Below are positions 1-7,907 of a DNA stretch of 64,000 nt, one piece after another (position 1 is the first letter of the stretch; each line of letters opens with the position of its first letter). A program made the translations under genes and the position numbers. Location of the stretch: the NCBI GenBank assembly GCA_036493595.1, contig DASXPN010000008.1, forward strand, positions 12,041 to 76,040, read 5' to 3'. The notes under the pieces were generated by a model that worked only from the letters and a program-made list of their open reading frames with translations, ran no database searches and was not told where the DNA came from. The stretch is from Acidimicrobiales bacterium (GTDB taxonomy: Bacteria; Actinomycetota; Acidimicrobiia; Acidimicrobiales; JACDCH01).

Positions 1-118
1 CGTCGATGGTGGCTTTGTAGTCCACGGAGGACGAGCGCACGACGGGAAGGTCGGCCGCCTCGAACAGCTCGAGGGTCGCCTTCTCGAGCGAGCCCTTCGG
101 CAGCACGATCTTCAACAT
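1..118 (-). CDS. hisG: ATP phosphoribosyltransferase, N-terminal fragment (gene runs off the left edge)
   Basis: Not in the ORF track because it is truncated. The reverse complement has ATG at 118..116, then MLKIVLPKGSLEKATLELFEAADLPVVRSSSVDYKATID, which resembles the HisG N-terminus (MLxIAxPKGxL). Same strand as the rib genes. Confidence 0.55.
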   Translation of the reverse strand, partial: MLKIVLPKGSLEKATLELFEAADLPVVRSSSVDYKATID

Positions 119-193
119 CCGGTCATTCTCCCACCGATCCCCACCCGTCCCGGCGTGCGTTTCCGACGTCGTGGTGCCGTCTTTCCGGCGCGG

Positions 194-703
194 TCACGCA
201 CGCAACTTGGCGAGGGAGGCGATCGACGTCAGCAGGCGGACCATCTCGATCGCGGTGTGGGCGGCCTCTTGGCCGACGTTGTGGCCGCCCTCGTCCTCGG
301 ATCGGCAAAGGGCCTGATCGAGGTCCTCGGTGGTGAGGACGCTGAAGATGACCGGTACCCCGGTGTCGAGCCCGACTTGCTGGATGCCGCGAGCACACTC
401 GCCGGCGACGAGCTCGAAGTGTGCGGTGTCGCCGCGGATCACGCAACCGACGCAGACGACGGCATCCACGGCGCCCGACATCGCGAACGTCTTCGCGGTC
501 AATGGCAGCTCGAACGAGCCCGGCACCCACACCTCGATGACGTCGTCGTCGCTCACGCGACACTCGGTGAGCCCGCGGCGTACGCCGTCGAGCAGGCGCA
601 CCGTCACGTGATCGTTGAAGCGGCCACACACGACGGCGACGCGCATGCCGGACCCATCGAGGTCCGGCTCCTCGCGTCCCGCGGCGACGACGTCACGCGA
701 CAT
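194..703 (-). CDS. ribH: 6,7-dimethyl-8-ribityllumazine synthase
   Basis: Track ORF 194..808(-), trimmed to ATG 703..701 ([33 protein letters not shown]...VPGSFELP...). Last gene of the rib operon. Its start overlaps the ribBA stop by 11 nt. Confidence 0.9.
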   Translation of the reverse strand: MSRDVVAAGREEPDLDGSGMRVAVVCGRFNDHVTVRLLDGVRRGLTECRVSDDDVIEVWVPGSFELPLTAKTFAMSGAVDAVVCVGCVIRGDTAHFELVAGECARGIQQVGLDTGVPVIFSVLTTEDLDQALCRSEDEGGHNVGQEAAHTAIEMVRLLTSIASLAKLRA

Positions 704-2000
704 CGCCGCGCTCCTCTGCAGTGGCCGCGTCAGTGTCAGAGTCGGAGTCGGGCGCCTCGACCGCCTCGATGACGCCGAGGCCGTCGAGCAAGTGGCCCAT
801 GCGCTCACGCTTCGTACGTAGGTAGCGCTCGTTGTGCGGGTTGGGCACGACCTCGAGCGGCACTCGCTCGGTGATCTCGAGCCCGAATCCTTCGAGACCG
901 CCGCGCTTCGCCGGGTTGTTGGTCAGCAGCCGCATGGTGGTGATGCCGAGGTCGACGAGGATCTGCGCGCCGATGCCGTACTCGCGGCTGTCGGCCGGTA
1001 GGCCCAACTGGAGGTTGGCGTCGACGGTGTCGTGCCCTTGGTCCTGGAGGCTGTAGGCGCGGATCTTGTGGCCGATCCCGATCCCGCGGCCCTCATGACC
1101 GCGCAGGTAGACGACGGCGCCGAGATCCTCCTCGGCGACCTTCTGCATCGCCGCCGCGAGCTGCGGTCCGCAGTCGCAGCGCAGCGAGCCGAACACGTCA
1201 CCCGTGAGGCACTCGCTGTGCACGCGTACGAGCACGTCCTCCGCGCCCTGGACGTCGCCCCTCACGAATGCGATGTGGTGCTCGCCGTCGAGCACCGACT
1301 CGAACACGATGCAGTTGAACTCGCCGAACTCCGTCGGGATCGGTGCCTCGGCTAGGCGACGCACGAGCTTCTCGTGCTTGCGGCGGTAGCGAATCAGGTC
1401 AGCGATGGAGATGAGCAAGAGTCCCTGCTCGTCCGCGAACCGCTCGAGCTCGGGGGCGCGGGCCATGTCCATCTTCTTGTCGTCGACGATCTCGCAGAGC
1501 ACGCCGGCGGGGTACAGGCCGGCCAGCCGGGCGAGATCGACGGTCGCCTCGGTGTGTCCGGCGCGCTTGAGCACCCCGCCTTCCCGAGCTTCGAGCGGGA
1601 GGATGTGGCCGGGGCGGGCCAGATCTTCCGGGCGGGTCGCGGGATCGACCAGGGCCTTGATGGTGGCAGCGCGATCGAAGGCGGAGATACCGGTGCTCGT
1701 GCCGTGCCGGTAGTCGACCGACACGAGGAACGCGGTGCGCTGACTCTCGGTGTTCTGCGTGACCATCGCATCGAGGTCGAGCTCGCGTGCCCGCTCACTC
1801 GTGATCGGCGCGCAGATGTAGCCGGACGTGTGGTGCAGGAAGAACGCAATCTTCTCGGGCGTGACGAACTCGGCCGCCATGATGAGGTCGCCTTCGTTCT
1901 CGCGGTCCTCGTCGTCGACCACGACGACGATCTCTCCGCGACCGATGGCCGCGACTGCGTCCTCGATGGGTGCGAACGGCATCAGCTGTGTTCCTTCCAT
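693..2000 (-). CDS. ribBA: bifunctional 3,4-dihydroxy-2-butanone-4-phosphate synthase / GTP cyclohydrolase II
   Basis: 435-aa ORF. The N-terminal half is DHBP-synthase-like ([16 protein letters not shown]). The C-terminal half is GTP cyclohydrolase II-like ([18 protein letters not shown]...RGHEGRGIG). An alternative ATG at 1982 gives a TGATG junction with ribE. Confidence 0.92.
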   Translation of the reverse strand: MEGTQLMPFAPIEDAVAAIGRGEIVVVVDDEDRENEGDLIMAAEFVTPEKIAFFLHHTSGYICAPITSERARELDLDAMVTQNTESQRTAFLVSVDYRHGTSTGISAFDRAATIKALVDPATRPEDLARPGHILPLEAREGGVLKRAGHTEATVDLARLAGLYPAGVLCEIVDDKKMDMARAPELERFADEQGLLLISIADLIRYRRKHEKLVRRLAEAPIPTEFGEFNCIVFESVLDGEHHIAFVRGDVQGAEDVLVRVHSECLTGDVFGSLRCDCGPQLAAAMQKVAEEDLGAVVYLRGHEGRGIGIGHKIRAYSLQDQGHDTVDANLQLGLPADSREYGIGAQILVDLGITTMRLLTNNPAKRGGLEGFGLEITERVPLEVVPNPHNERYLRTKRERMGHLLDGLGVIEAVEAPDSDSDTDAATAEERGDVA

Positions 2001-2587
2001 GCAAGCAAGCGCTCGACGTACTTCGCGGTGACGTCCATCTCGAGGTTCACGAGATCTCCGGGCACTCGGTGTCCGAGCGTGGTGACGTCGTGGGTGTGCG
2101 GGATGACGGCGACGGTGAACCCGTCGTCGAGGACATCGACGACGGTCAGGCTGATGCCGTCGACGGTGATCGAGCCCTTCTCGACGACGTAGCGCATGAG
2201 GTCGCGGTCGCGCAGGCGCACACGTAGGTTCGGCGAGGGCTCGACCACCTCGCCGACGCCATCGACGTGGCCTTGCACGAGGTGTCCGCCGAGGCGGTCC
2301 TGCAATCGCACCGGTCGCTCGAGGTTCACCGGATCACCCGTGTGCAGCGCGCCGAGGGCCGTGCGCAGATACGACTCCTCGGTGACGTCGGCCGTCCACC
2401 ACGTGGGCTTCTCGCAGCCGGCGTCGAGATCGTCGCTTCCCCAGTCGACCACGGTGAGGCAGCAACCGTTCACCGCGATCGAGGCACCGAGTTGCACGTC
2501 GTCGAGGACCAGCGACGCGTTGATACGAAGCCGGCCGGCCTCGCGGGACGCGATGCTGCCGAGCTCTTCGACTATGCCGGTGAACAT
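1982..2587 (-). CDS. ribE: riboflavin synthase alpha chain
   Basis: 201 aa starting [12 protein letters not shown], the classic riboflavin synthase N-terminus, with two internal lumazine-binding repeats. Confidence 0.92.
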   Translation of the reverse strand: MFTGIVEELGSIASREAGRLRINASLVLDDVQLGASIAVNGCCLTVVDWGSDDLDAGCEKPTWWTADVTEESYLRTALGALHTGDPVNLERPVRLQDRLGGHLVQGHVDGVGEVVEPSPNLRVRLRDRDLMRYVVEKGSITVDGISLTVVDVLDDGFTVAVIPHTHDVTTLGHRVPGDLVNLEMDVTAKYVERLLAWKEHS

Positions 2588-3573
2588 GGCTCGAGCTCGA
2601 TTCTGAGGTCGTCACCGAGACGGGCTACGGAAACGATACGACCGCGCCAGAGATCGTCGATCGTCGGTGCGCCCTGACCGGCGAAGAGCGGGCGGGCATC
2701 CTCGCCGCCGAACAGCGCGGGCGCGAGGTAGAGCACGTAGCGATCGACGAGACCCGCGCGATGCAGATCGCCGGCGAGGCGGGCGCCGCCTTCGACCATG
2801 ACGCGCACGACGCCGAGACGCCCGAGCTCGTCGAGGATGTCCGGAAGCGGACCGTCCATCTCGATGCAGGGGTGCACCTTGGCACCAGCTGGTGCCTTGC
2901 CGACGACCACCCGCATCGGATCGTCACCCTCTGCATCGCGCACGGTCAACGACGGGTCGTCGGACCGCACCGTTCCGGCACCGACGATCACCGCATCGCT
3001 GTCTGCCCGCAGGCGATGGACGTCAGCACGCGCGGCCGCACCGGTGATCCACTGGCTGGTGCCGTCGGGCGCGGCGGTACGTCCGTCGAGCGATGCGGCC
3101 AGCTTCACCACGACCCACGGACGTCCGGTCGACCGGTGCTTGATGTACGGCGCCAGTTGTTGCTCGATCGCCTGCGCGCTCGTGCCGACCGTGACGTCGA
3201 TGCCTGCCGCTCGGAGCACTTCGATGCCCTTGCCCGCGACGTTGACATCGGGATCCTCGATACCGACCAAGACCCGCGTGACACCGGCGGCGATGATCGC
3301 GTCGGTGCACGCACCCGTTCGCCCTTGATGGCAGCACGGCTCGAGCGTCGTGTAGAGGGTCGCGCCGCGCGCGTTGGCGTTGCCGGCGGCGTCGAGCGCG
3401 ACGACCTCGGCGTGGCGTCCTCCGGAACGCTCGGTCGCGCCGCCGAACTGCGCACCGTCGGCCGTGACCAGCACCGCGCCGACCCACGGGTTCGGTGATG
3501 TGTGGGTGCGCACGGCCTCGGCGGCGGACATCGCTTCGGCCATCCTCGCCTCGTCCTGTTCGGCCACGCTCAC
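2572..3573 (-). CDS. ribD: bifunctional diaminohydroxyphosphoribosylaminopyrimidine deaminase / 5-amino-6-(5-phosphoribosylamino)uracil reductase
   Basis: 333 aa with a GTG start. Carries the CMP/dCMP-type deaminase zinc motif HAEVVAL...EPCCHQGRTGAC followed by a reductase domain. First gene of the rib operon. Confidence 0.9.
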   Translation of the reverse strand: MSVAEQDEARMAEAMSAAEAVRTHTSPNPWVGAVLVTADGAQFGGATERSGGRHAEVVALDAAGNANARGATLYTTLEPCCHQGRTGACTDAIIAAGVTRVLVGIEDPDVNVAGKGIEVLRAAGIDVTVGTSAQAIEQQLAPYIKHRSTGRPWVVVKLAASLDGRTAAPDGTSQWITGAAARADVHRLRADSDAVIVGAGTVRSDDPSLTVRDAEGDDPMRVVVGKAPAGAKVHPCIEMDGPLPDILDELGRLGVVRVMVEGGARLAGDLHRAGLVDRYVLYLAPALFGGEDARPLFAGQGAPTIDDLWRGRIVSVARLGDDLRIELEPCSPA

Positions 3574-3603
3574 GAAAGTCTAGAAGCGGTTCTCGCCACC
3601 TCC

Positions 3604-3655
3604 CCAATGTTGGTTCCATTGCGGGGCCCTAGCCCCGCAATAGACCCGGAGTTCG
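3604..3655 (-). repeat. intergenic stem-loop element, copy 1 (AACTCCGGGTC / hairpin / CCAACATTGGGG on the minus strand)
   Basis: Perfect 10-bp stem ATTGCGGGGC (3618..3627) / GCCCCGCAAT (3632..3641) with loop CCTA. The flanking words are shared with copies at 30932..30984 and 33039..33091. Confidence 0.8.
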
Positions 3656-3703
3656 TCGGTGGGGCGCGGCGAGCGCGGCGGGTACCGTCAGTGCGTCTAT
3701 GCC

Positions 3704-4168
3704 TCAGTGCGGGTGACCACCGGCGAGCAGGTCGAGCGCGTGTGGGATCACATCGAGCACAGCGGTCAATGTCTCGACCGCGCCGTTGGACGAACCGGGC
3801 GTGTTGACGATCAACGCTCGGTCTCGCGTGCCGGCGATGGCGCGTGAGAGGCGGCCGAGCGGGTTGATCAACCGCATTGCCTCGGCGAGCCCGGGCGCTT
3901 CGCGGTCGATCACGGTGCGGGTGCCCTCGGGTGTGAGGTCACGCGGACCGAAGCCCGTGCCACCCGTCGTCACCACGAGCCCGGCGAAGCCTTCGCACAA
4001 CTCGGTCAGCGCGGTGCCGACGCTCTCGATGCCGTCGGCGACAACGCGACGGTCGCTGATGTCGTAGCCCGCGTCGGTGAGCGCCACCACGAGCGCGTCG
4101 CCCGACTTGTCCTCGCGAGTACCGGCGACGACTCCATCGGAGACAGTGAGGACCTTCGCGGTGGGCAT
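3704..4168 (-). CDS. molybdenum cofactor biosynthesis protein, MogA/MoaB family
   Basis: Track ORF 3704..4384(-), trimmed to ATG 4168 (MPTAKVLTVSDGVVAGTREDKSGD...VVTTGGTGFGPRDLTPE). TTGGTG...RD is the MoCF_biosynth signature. Confidence 0.8.
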   Translation of the reverse strand: MPTAKVLTVSDGVVAGTREDKSGDALVVALTDAGYDISDRRVVADGIESVGTALTELCEGFAGLVVTTGGTGFGPRDLTPEGTRTVIDREAPGLAEAMRLINPLGRLSRAIAGTRDRALIVNTPGSSNGAVETLTAVLDVIPHALDLLAGGHPH

Positions 4169-4178
4169 CCGGGGCAAG

Positions 4179-5348
4179 CTACTCAGCGGCGCGGAGCCGG
4201 AGGACGAACATGCCGTCGGTGCCCGCAGCCTGGGGCAGCAGCAACGCGCCGCGTCCCCATGCCCGCCACGGATCACCCGGTGAGTCGAGCGCCACCAACG
4301 TCGGATGCGCGTGGGCGAGATGGGCGTCGACACCGAGCGTCTCCGAGGCGGTGAGCGTGCACACGCTGTACACGAGGACACCACCGGGCCTCAGCAACGT
4401 CACCGCGGCGTCGATGAGCTCTCGTTGCAACGTCACCAGTCGCTCGACGCCTGCCTCGTCGATGCGCCAGCGCGCGTCCGCTCGCCGTCGCAGCGTCCCG
4501 AGACCGGAACACGGTGCATCCACGAGCACGCGATCGAAGGTGCCGGGGCCGAAGGGAGGCCGCCGACCGTCGGCCACCACCGTCTGCACATTGTCGAGTG
4601 AGCGACGACGTGCGTTCTTCGCGACGAGTGATGCCCGTGTCGCGCGCACGTCGACCGCGACGACGAGCACGCCGGTGCCCGCCATCAACGTCGACTTGCC
4701 TCCCGGTGCGGCACACAGGTCGGCCACCCGCTCCCCTGGTTGCGCACCGACGATGCCTGCGACCCATTGCGACGCGAGGTCTTGGACGTAGTCGTCGTCC
4801 CGCACGGTCACGGTGGGCGGCTCGTTCATGATCTCGAGCGCTTGGAACGCGTCGCCGCGTCCGAGATCGGTGGTGAGCGTGTCCACGATCCAGTCGGGAT
4901 AGCTCAAGCGCGTCGCGTCGCTCGGCCATTCGACGGGGGTGTCGACGACTCGCCGCAGTACCGCGTTGACGAGCCCTCGCACCTTGCGCGGCACGAGCCC
5001 GACCGTCTCGCTCACCGCCGCGTGCGGCGGCACCGCGGTGAAGTGGAGCTGGTACGCGCCGAGGCGAAGGACCGTGCGCACGTCGTCGTCGACAGGTCGC
5101 AGCAGGAAGCGGTCGACGAGGTGATCACAGGCCCGGCGCATGCGGGTCGCGCCGTAGACAAGCTCGGTGACGAAGTGCCGGTCGCGCTCGTCGAGCCCAC
5201 TGCGATCGAGCTCGCCCCGCAAAGCCAGGTTGGCGTACGCACCTTCGGTTTCGATGCGTTGCAGCGCGCGTTGTGCAACTGAGCGCGCTGTCGTCGAACG
5301 CTGTGCCGTCGGGCGCGCCGCCGTCGAGCGCGCTGCCGGACGCCTCAT
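4179..5348 (-). CDS. rsmB: 16S rRNA (cytosine-C5)-methyltransferase RsmB/Sun
   Basis: Track ORF 4179..5876(-), trimmed to ATG 5348, which forms an ATGA overlap with the fmt stop. Has a NusB-like N-terminal part, the SAM motif DLCAAPGGKS and catalytic DAPCSGLGTLRR. Sits in the conserved def-fmt-rsmB order. Confidence 0.88.
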   Translation of the reverse strand: MRRPAARSTAARPTAQRSTTARSVAQRALQRIETEGAYANLALRGELDRSGLDERDRHFVTELVYGATRMRRACDHLVDRFLLRPVDDDVRTVLRLGAYQLHFTAVPPHAAVSETVGLVPRKVRGLVNAVLRRVVDTPVEWPSDATRLSYPDWIVDTLTTDLGRGDAFQALEIMNEPPTVTVRDDDYVQDLASQWVAGIVGAQPGERVADLCAAPGGKSTLMAGTGVLVVAVDVRATRASLVAKNARRRSLDNVQTVVADGRRPPFGPGTFDRVLVDAPCSGLGTLRRRADARWRIDEAGVERLVTLQRELIDAAVTLLRPGGVLVYSVCTLTASETLGVDAHLAHAHPTLVALDSPGDPWRAWGRGALLLPQAAGTDGMFVLRLRAAE

Positions 5349-6190
5349 GTGCCGAGTCGATCGCCGGGCTGCCAGTGGACGCCGTTGGCCCACGCGCTCG
5401 CCGGGAGTCGTGCCTTGCCCTCCGGCTGCACCTCGACCACTTCGATCGGCTCGGATCCCGACGAGAGCGTGATGCCCCCGCCCGTCGGCGGCAGCTCGGT
5501 GCGCCACACCTTCACGCGATGGCCGCGGAAGGTCGTCCATGCACCACCGAGCCGTACGCGCCGATGGAGCTCGACGGCGGGCGCCGTCCAGTCGAGTTGC
5601 AGTTCCGCCGGATCGATCTTGTGCGCGTAGACCGGTTCGCCCACCTGGGGTGCAGGCGTTCCGAGTCCGGTTGCCAGTGCATCGAGCACGAGGCGAGTTC
5701 CCGCCTCCACCAAGTGTTCGCGCAGCTCGTCGGCCGTCGTGTCCGCTCCGATGGCGACCTCTTCGCAGCGGTACACGCCACCGGTGTCGAGCCCTTCTTC
5801 CACCTCCATCACGCACACGCCCGTGACCTCGTCGCCCGCGAGGATCGCCCGCTCGAGGGGAGCCGCGCCCCGCCAACGGGGCAGCAGTGAGAAGTGGACG
5901 TTGATCATCGCAAGCTCCGCGAGCACGTGGGGCTTGATGAGGCGCCCGAACGCGACCACGACACCGAGCTCCGCGGGCGGGTCGAGGGCCAGCACGTCGT
6001 CGACGCGGTCGGTGACGGGCAGACCGAGCTCGATCGCTGCCGCCTTGACCGGCGAGGGCACCAGCGCACTCCCCCGCCCCCGCCGCTTGTCCGCCGCGCT
6101 GACGACGAGGGCCACGTCGTGCCCGGCGTCCACGAGCGCCCGTAGCGTCGGCACCGCCATCGCCGGCGTGCCGAGGTAGGCGACCCTCAG
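5345..6190 (-). CDS. fmt: methionyl-tRNA formyltransferase
   Basis: Homology starts at LRVAYLGTPAMAVPTLRAL and includes HFSLLPRWRGAAPLERAI. The only start-like codon at that point is CTG 6190..6188, overlapping the def stop (CTGA). The track ORF extends to GTG 6472, deep inside def. Confidence 0.85.
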   Translation of the reverse strand: MRVAYLGTPAMAVPTLRALVDAGHDVALVVSAADKRRGRGSALVPSPVKAAAIELGLPVTDRVDDVLALDPPAELGVVVAFGRLIKPHVLAELAMINVHFSLLPRWRGAAPLERAILAGDEVTGVCVMEVEEGLDTGGVYRCEEVAIGADTTADELREHLVEAGTRLVLDALATGLGTPAPQVGEPVYAHKIDPAELQLDWTAPAVELHRRVRLGGAWTTFRGHRVKVWRTELPPTGGGITLSSGSEPIEVVEVQPEGKARLPASAWANGVHWQPGDRLGT

Positions 6191-6720
6191 AGGTCGTGGT
6201 CCGATCGCTTCACCGCGTGCAGCCCACCATTGAGGTTGATGTCGCGCAGCGTCCGCATCGCCTTCTTGCGGGTGTCGGCGTCGAGCCGCTCGAGCAGCAA
6301 CACGCCGTCGAGGTGATCGAGCTCGTGTTGGAACAGCCGCGCCACGATCTCGTCCGCCTCGATCGACACCTCGTTGCCGTCGAGGTCGTAACCGTTCAGG
6401 TGCACTTCCTTCGGCCGCACGATCTCCCACGCCAGCCCAGGGATCGACAGGCAACCCTCCTCGTACTCCCACTCGCCGCGGTGCTCGGACACCACCGGGT
6501 TCACGATGGTCTTCACACCCTCGCCGTCGTGCAGGTCGTAGACGAACAGTCGCTTCTGCACGCCGACTTGCGGCGCGGCCAGCCCGAGGCCGGCAGCCTC
6601 ACCCAGCGTGACCGCCATGTCGCCGGCGAGGCGCACAAGGCTGCCGTCGACGTCGGTGATCTCGGCCGCCTTCTGCTTGAGCACGGGGTCGCCGAAGATC
6701 CGGATCGAGTAATGCGGCAT
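6187..6720 (-). CDS. def: peptide deformylase
   Basis: Track ORF 6187..7272(-), trimmed to ATG 6720 (MPHYSIRIFGDPVLK...). Carries all three deformylase motifs: GLAAPQVG, EGCLSIPG, HELDHLDG. Confidence 0.93.
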   Translation of the reverse strand: MPHYSIRIFGDPVLKQKAAEITDVDGSLVRLAGDMAVTLGEAAGLGLAAPQVGVQKRLFVYDLHDGEGVKTIVNPVVSEHRGEWEYEEGCLSIPGLAWEIVRPKEVHLNGYDLDGNEVSIEADEIVARLFQHELDHLDGVLLLERLDADTRKKAMRTLRDINLNGGLHAVKRSDHDL

Positions 6721-6747
6721 GAGAGGTGAGGCTACCGTCAGCGTTCG

Positions 6748-7377
6748 ATGGCGGGAACCTCGGAGACGCCTGGCGCACCGCAGTACTTCGAGCCCGATCC
6801 CGTCGCTCGATCGCGGCCGCGGCACATCGAGCTCGTGCTGCCCGATGTCACGCTCGGCCTCACGACCGATCGAGGAGTGTTCGCCGCGACCGCTGTCGAC
6901 CCCGGCACGAAGCGGTTGCTGCTCGACGGGCCCGCGCTCGCGCTCGCTGACGGTGCGCACGACCTTCTCGACCTCGGCTGCGGGTACGGACCGATCGCGC
7001 TCGCCATGGCCAAGCGCGCGCCGCGGGCCACGGTGTGGGCGGTCGATGTCAATCGCCGTGCGTTGCAGCTCTGCGCGGAGAATGCCGCCGCCAACGACAT
7101 CACCAACGTGCGCGCCGTCGAGCCCGATGGCGTGCCCGACGACGTGCGCTTCGCCGCCATCTGGTCGAACCCACCGATCCGCATCGGCAAGGGTGCGCTG
7201 CACGAGTTGCTGTTGCACTGGCTCGCACGGTTGACACCGGACGGACACGCGTTGCTGGTCGTGCAGCACCATCTCGGTTCGGACTCGCTGGCTCGATGGT
7301 TGGACACCAACGGATGGCCGACGCGGCGCCTGTCATCGCGAGCCGGCTACCGGTTGCTCGAGATCGCGCCAGCATGA
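6748..7377 (+). CDS. class I SAM-dependent methyltransferase, RsmC/RsmD/RlmG-like small-domain type
   Basis: 209 aa with SAM motif LLDLGCGYGPIAL and the N-methyl-transfer motif SNPPIRIG (NPPxH/I-type). Confidence 0.75.
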   Translation: MAGTSETPGAPQYFEPDPVARSRPRHIELVLPDVTLGLTTDRGVFAATAVDPGTKRLLLDGPALALADGAHDLLDLGCGYGPIALAMAKRAPRATVWAVDVNRRALQLCAENAAANDITNVRAVEPDGVPDDVRFAAIWSNPPIRIGKGALHELLLHWLARLTPDGHALLVVQHHLGSDSLARWLDTNGWPTRRLSSRAGYRLLEIAPA

Positions 7378-7907
7378 AACAGATCGACAGCACCGGCCTC
7401 AAGCGCCTGCATCGCGAATGGCGGCGCCGAACTGCGGGCCGGGTCGGCCTCATCCTGGAGTCCGTCGAGAGCCCGTTCAACGTCGGTTCCATCATTCGCA
7501 CCGCGGCCGCCTACCGCGTCGGAGCGCTCTGGCTCACGGGCTCGACGGCGACACTCGACAGCAGCAGCGTGAAAAAGACTGCGATGGGGACGGAGCGTTT
7601 CCTTACCGTGACGTCGATGACCAAGGCCAGCGAGGCAATCGTCGCCGCTCGTGATGTCGGCTACACCGTTATCGGGGTGGAACTGGCGGAAGGCGCGAAG
7701 GCGATGCACGAGCTCGTGTTGGGCGACGCAGTGTGCCTGGTCGTCGGTCATGAGGACCGCGGGCTGACGTCCGCGACGATCGACGCGTGCGACGACATCG
7801 GCTACCTGCCGTTGGCGGGCAAGGTGGGATCGCTCAATGTCGCCACTGCAACTGCGCTCGCACTCTACGAAGCACGCCGGCAGGAATGGACACGCGTAGA
7901 TGAGTGA
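7374..7907 (+). CDS. SpoU/TrmH family RNA 2'-O-methyltransferase
   Basis: Track ORF 7035..7907(+), trimmed to ATG 7374, which forms an ATGA overlap with the upstream stop. Shows SPOUT motifs FNVGSIIRTAAAY, LVVGHEDRGL and GKVGSLNVATATALALYE. Confidence 0.8.
   Translation: MKQIDSTGLKRLHREWRRRTAGRVGLILESVESPFNVGSIIRTAAAYRVGALWLTGSTATLDSSSVKKTAMGTERFLTVTSMTKASEAIVAARDVGYTVIGVELAEGAKAMHELVLGDAVCLVVGHEDRGLTSATIDACDDIGYLPLAGKVGSLNVATATALALYEARRQEWTRVDE

Noticed and set aside
3574-3703. Expected an FMN (RFN) riboswitch in the 130-nt leader of the riboflavin operon.
   Set aside because: The minus-strand RNA lacks the conserved RFN core segments and the multi-stem junction. The only strong structure is the 10-bp hairpin of the repeat element. 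I therefore made no riboswitch call.
4179-5876. Long N-terminal extensions of track ORFs that run into the upstream gene. This applies to rsmB, def, coaBC, pyrC, pyrR, aroB, aroC, ruvX, aspS, secF, queA, ruvA, ruvC, yebC, pdxT and others.
   Set aside because: The extensions are Arg/Pro-rich, non-homologous and overlap well-supported genes. In each case an internal ATG or GTG at a 1-4 nt overlap with the upstream stop gives the canonical N-terminus, so the ORFs were trimmed.
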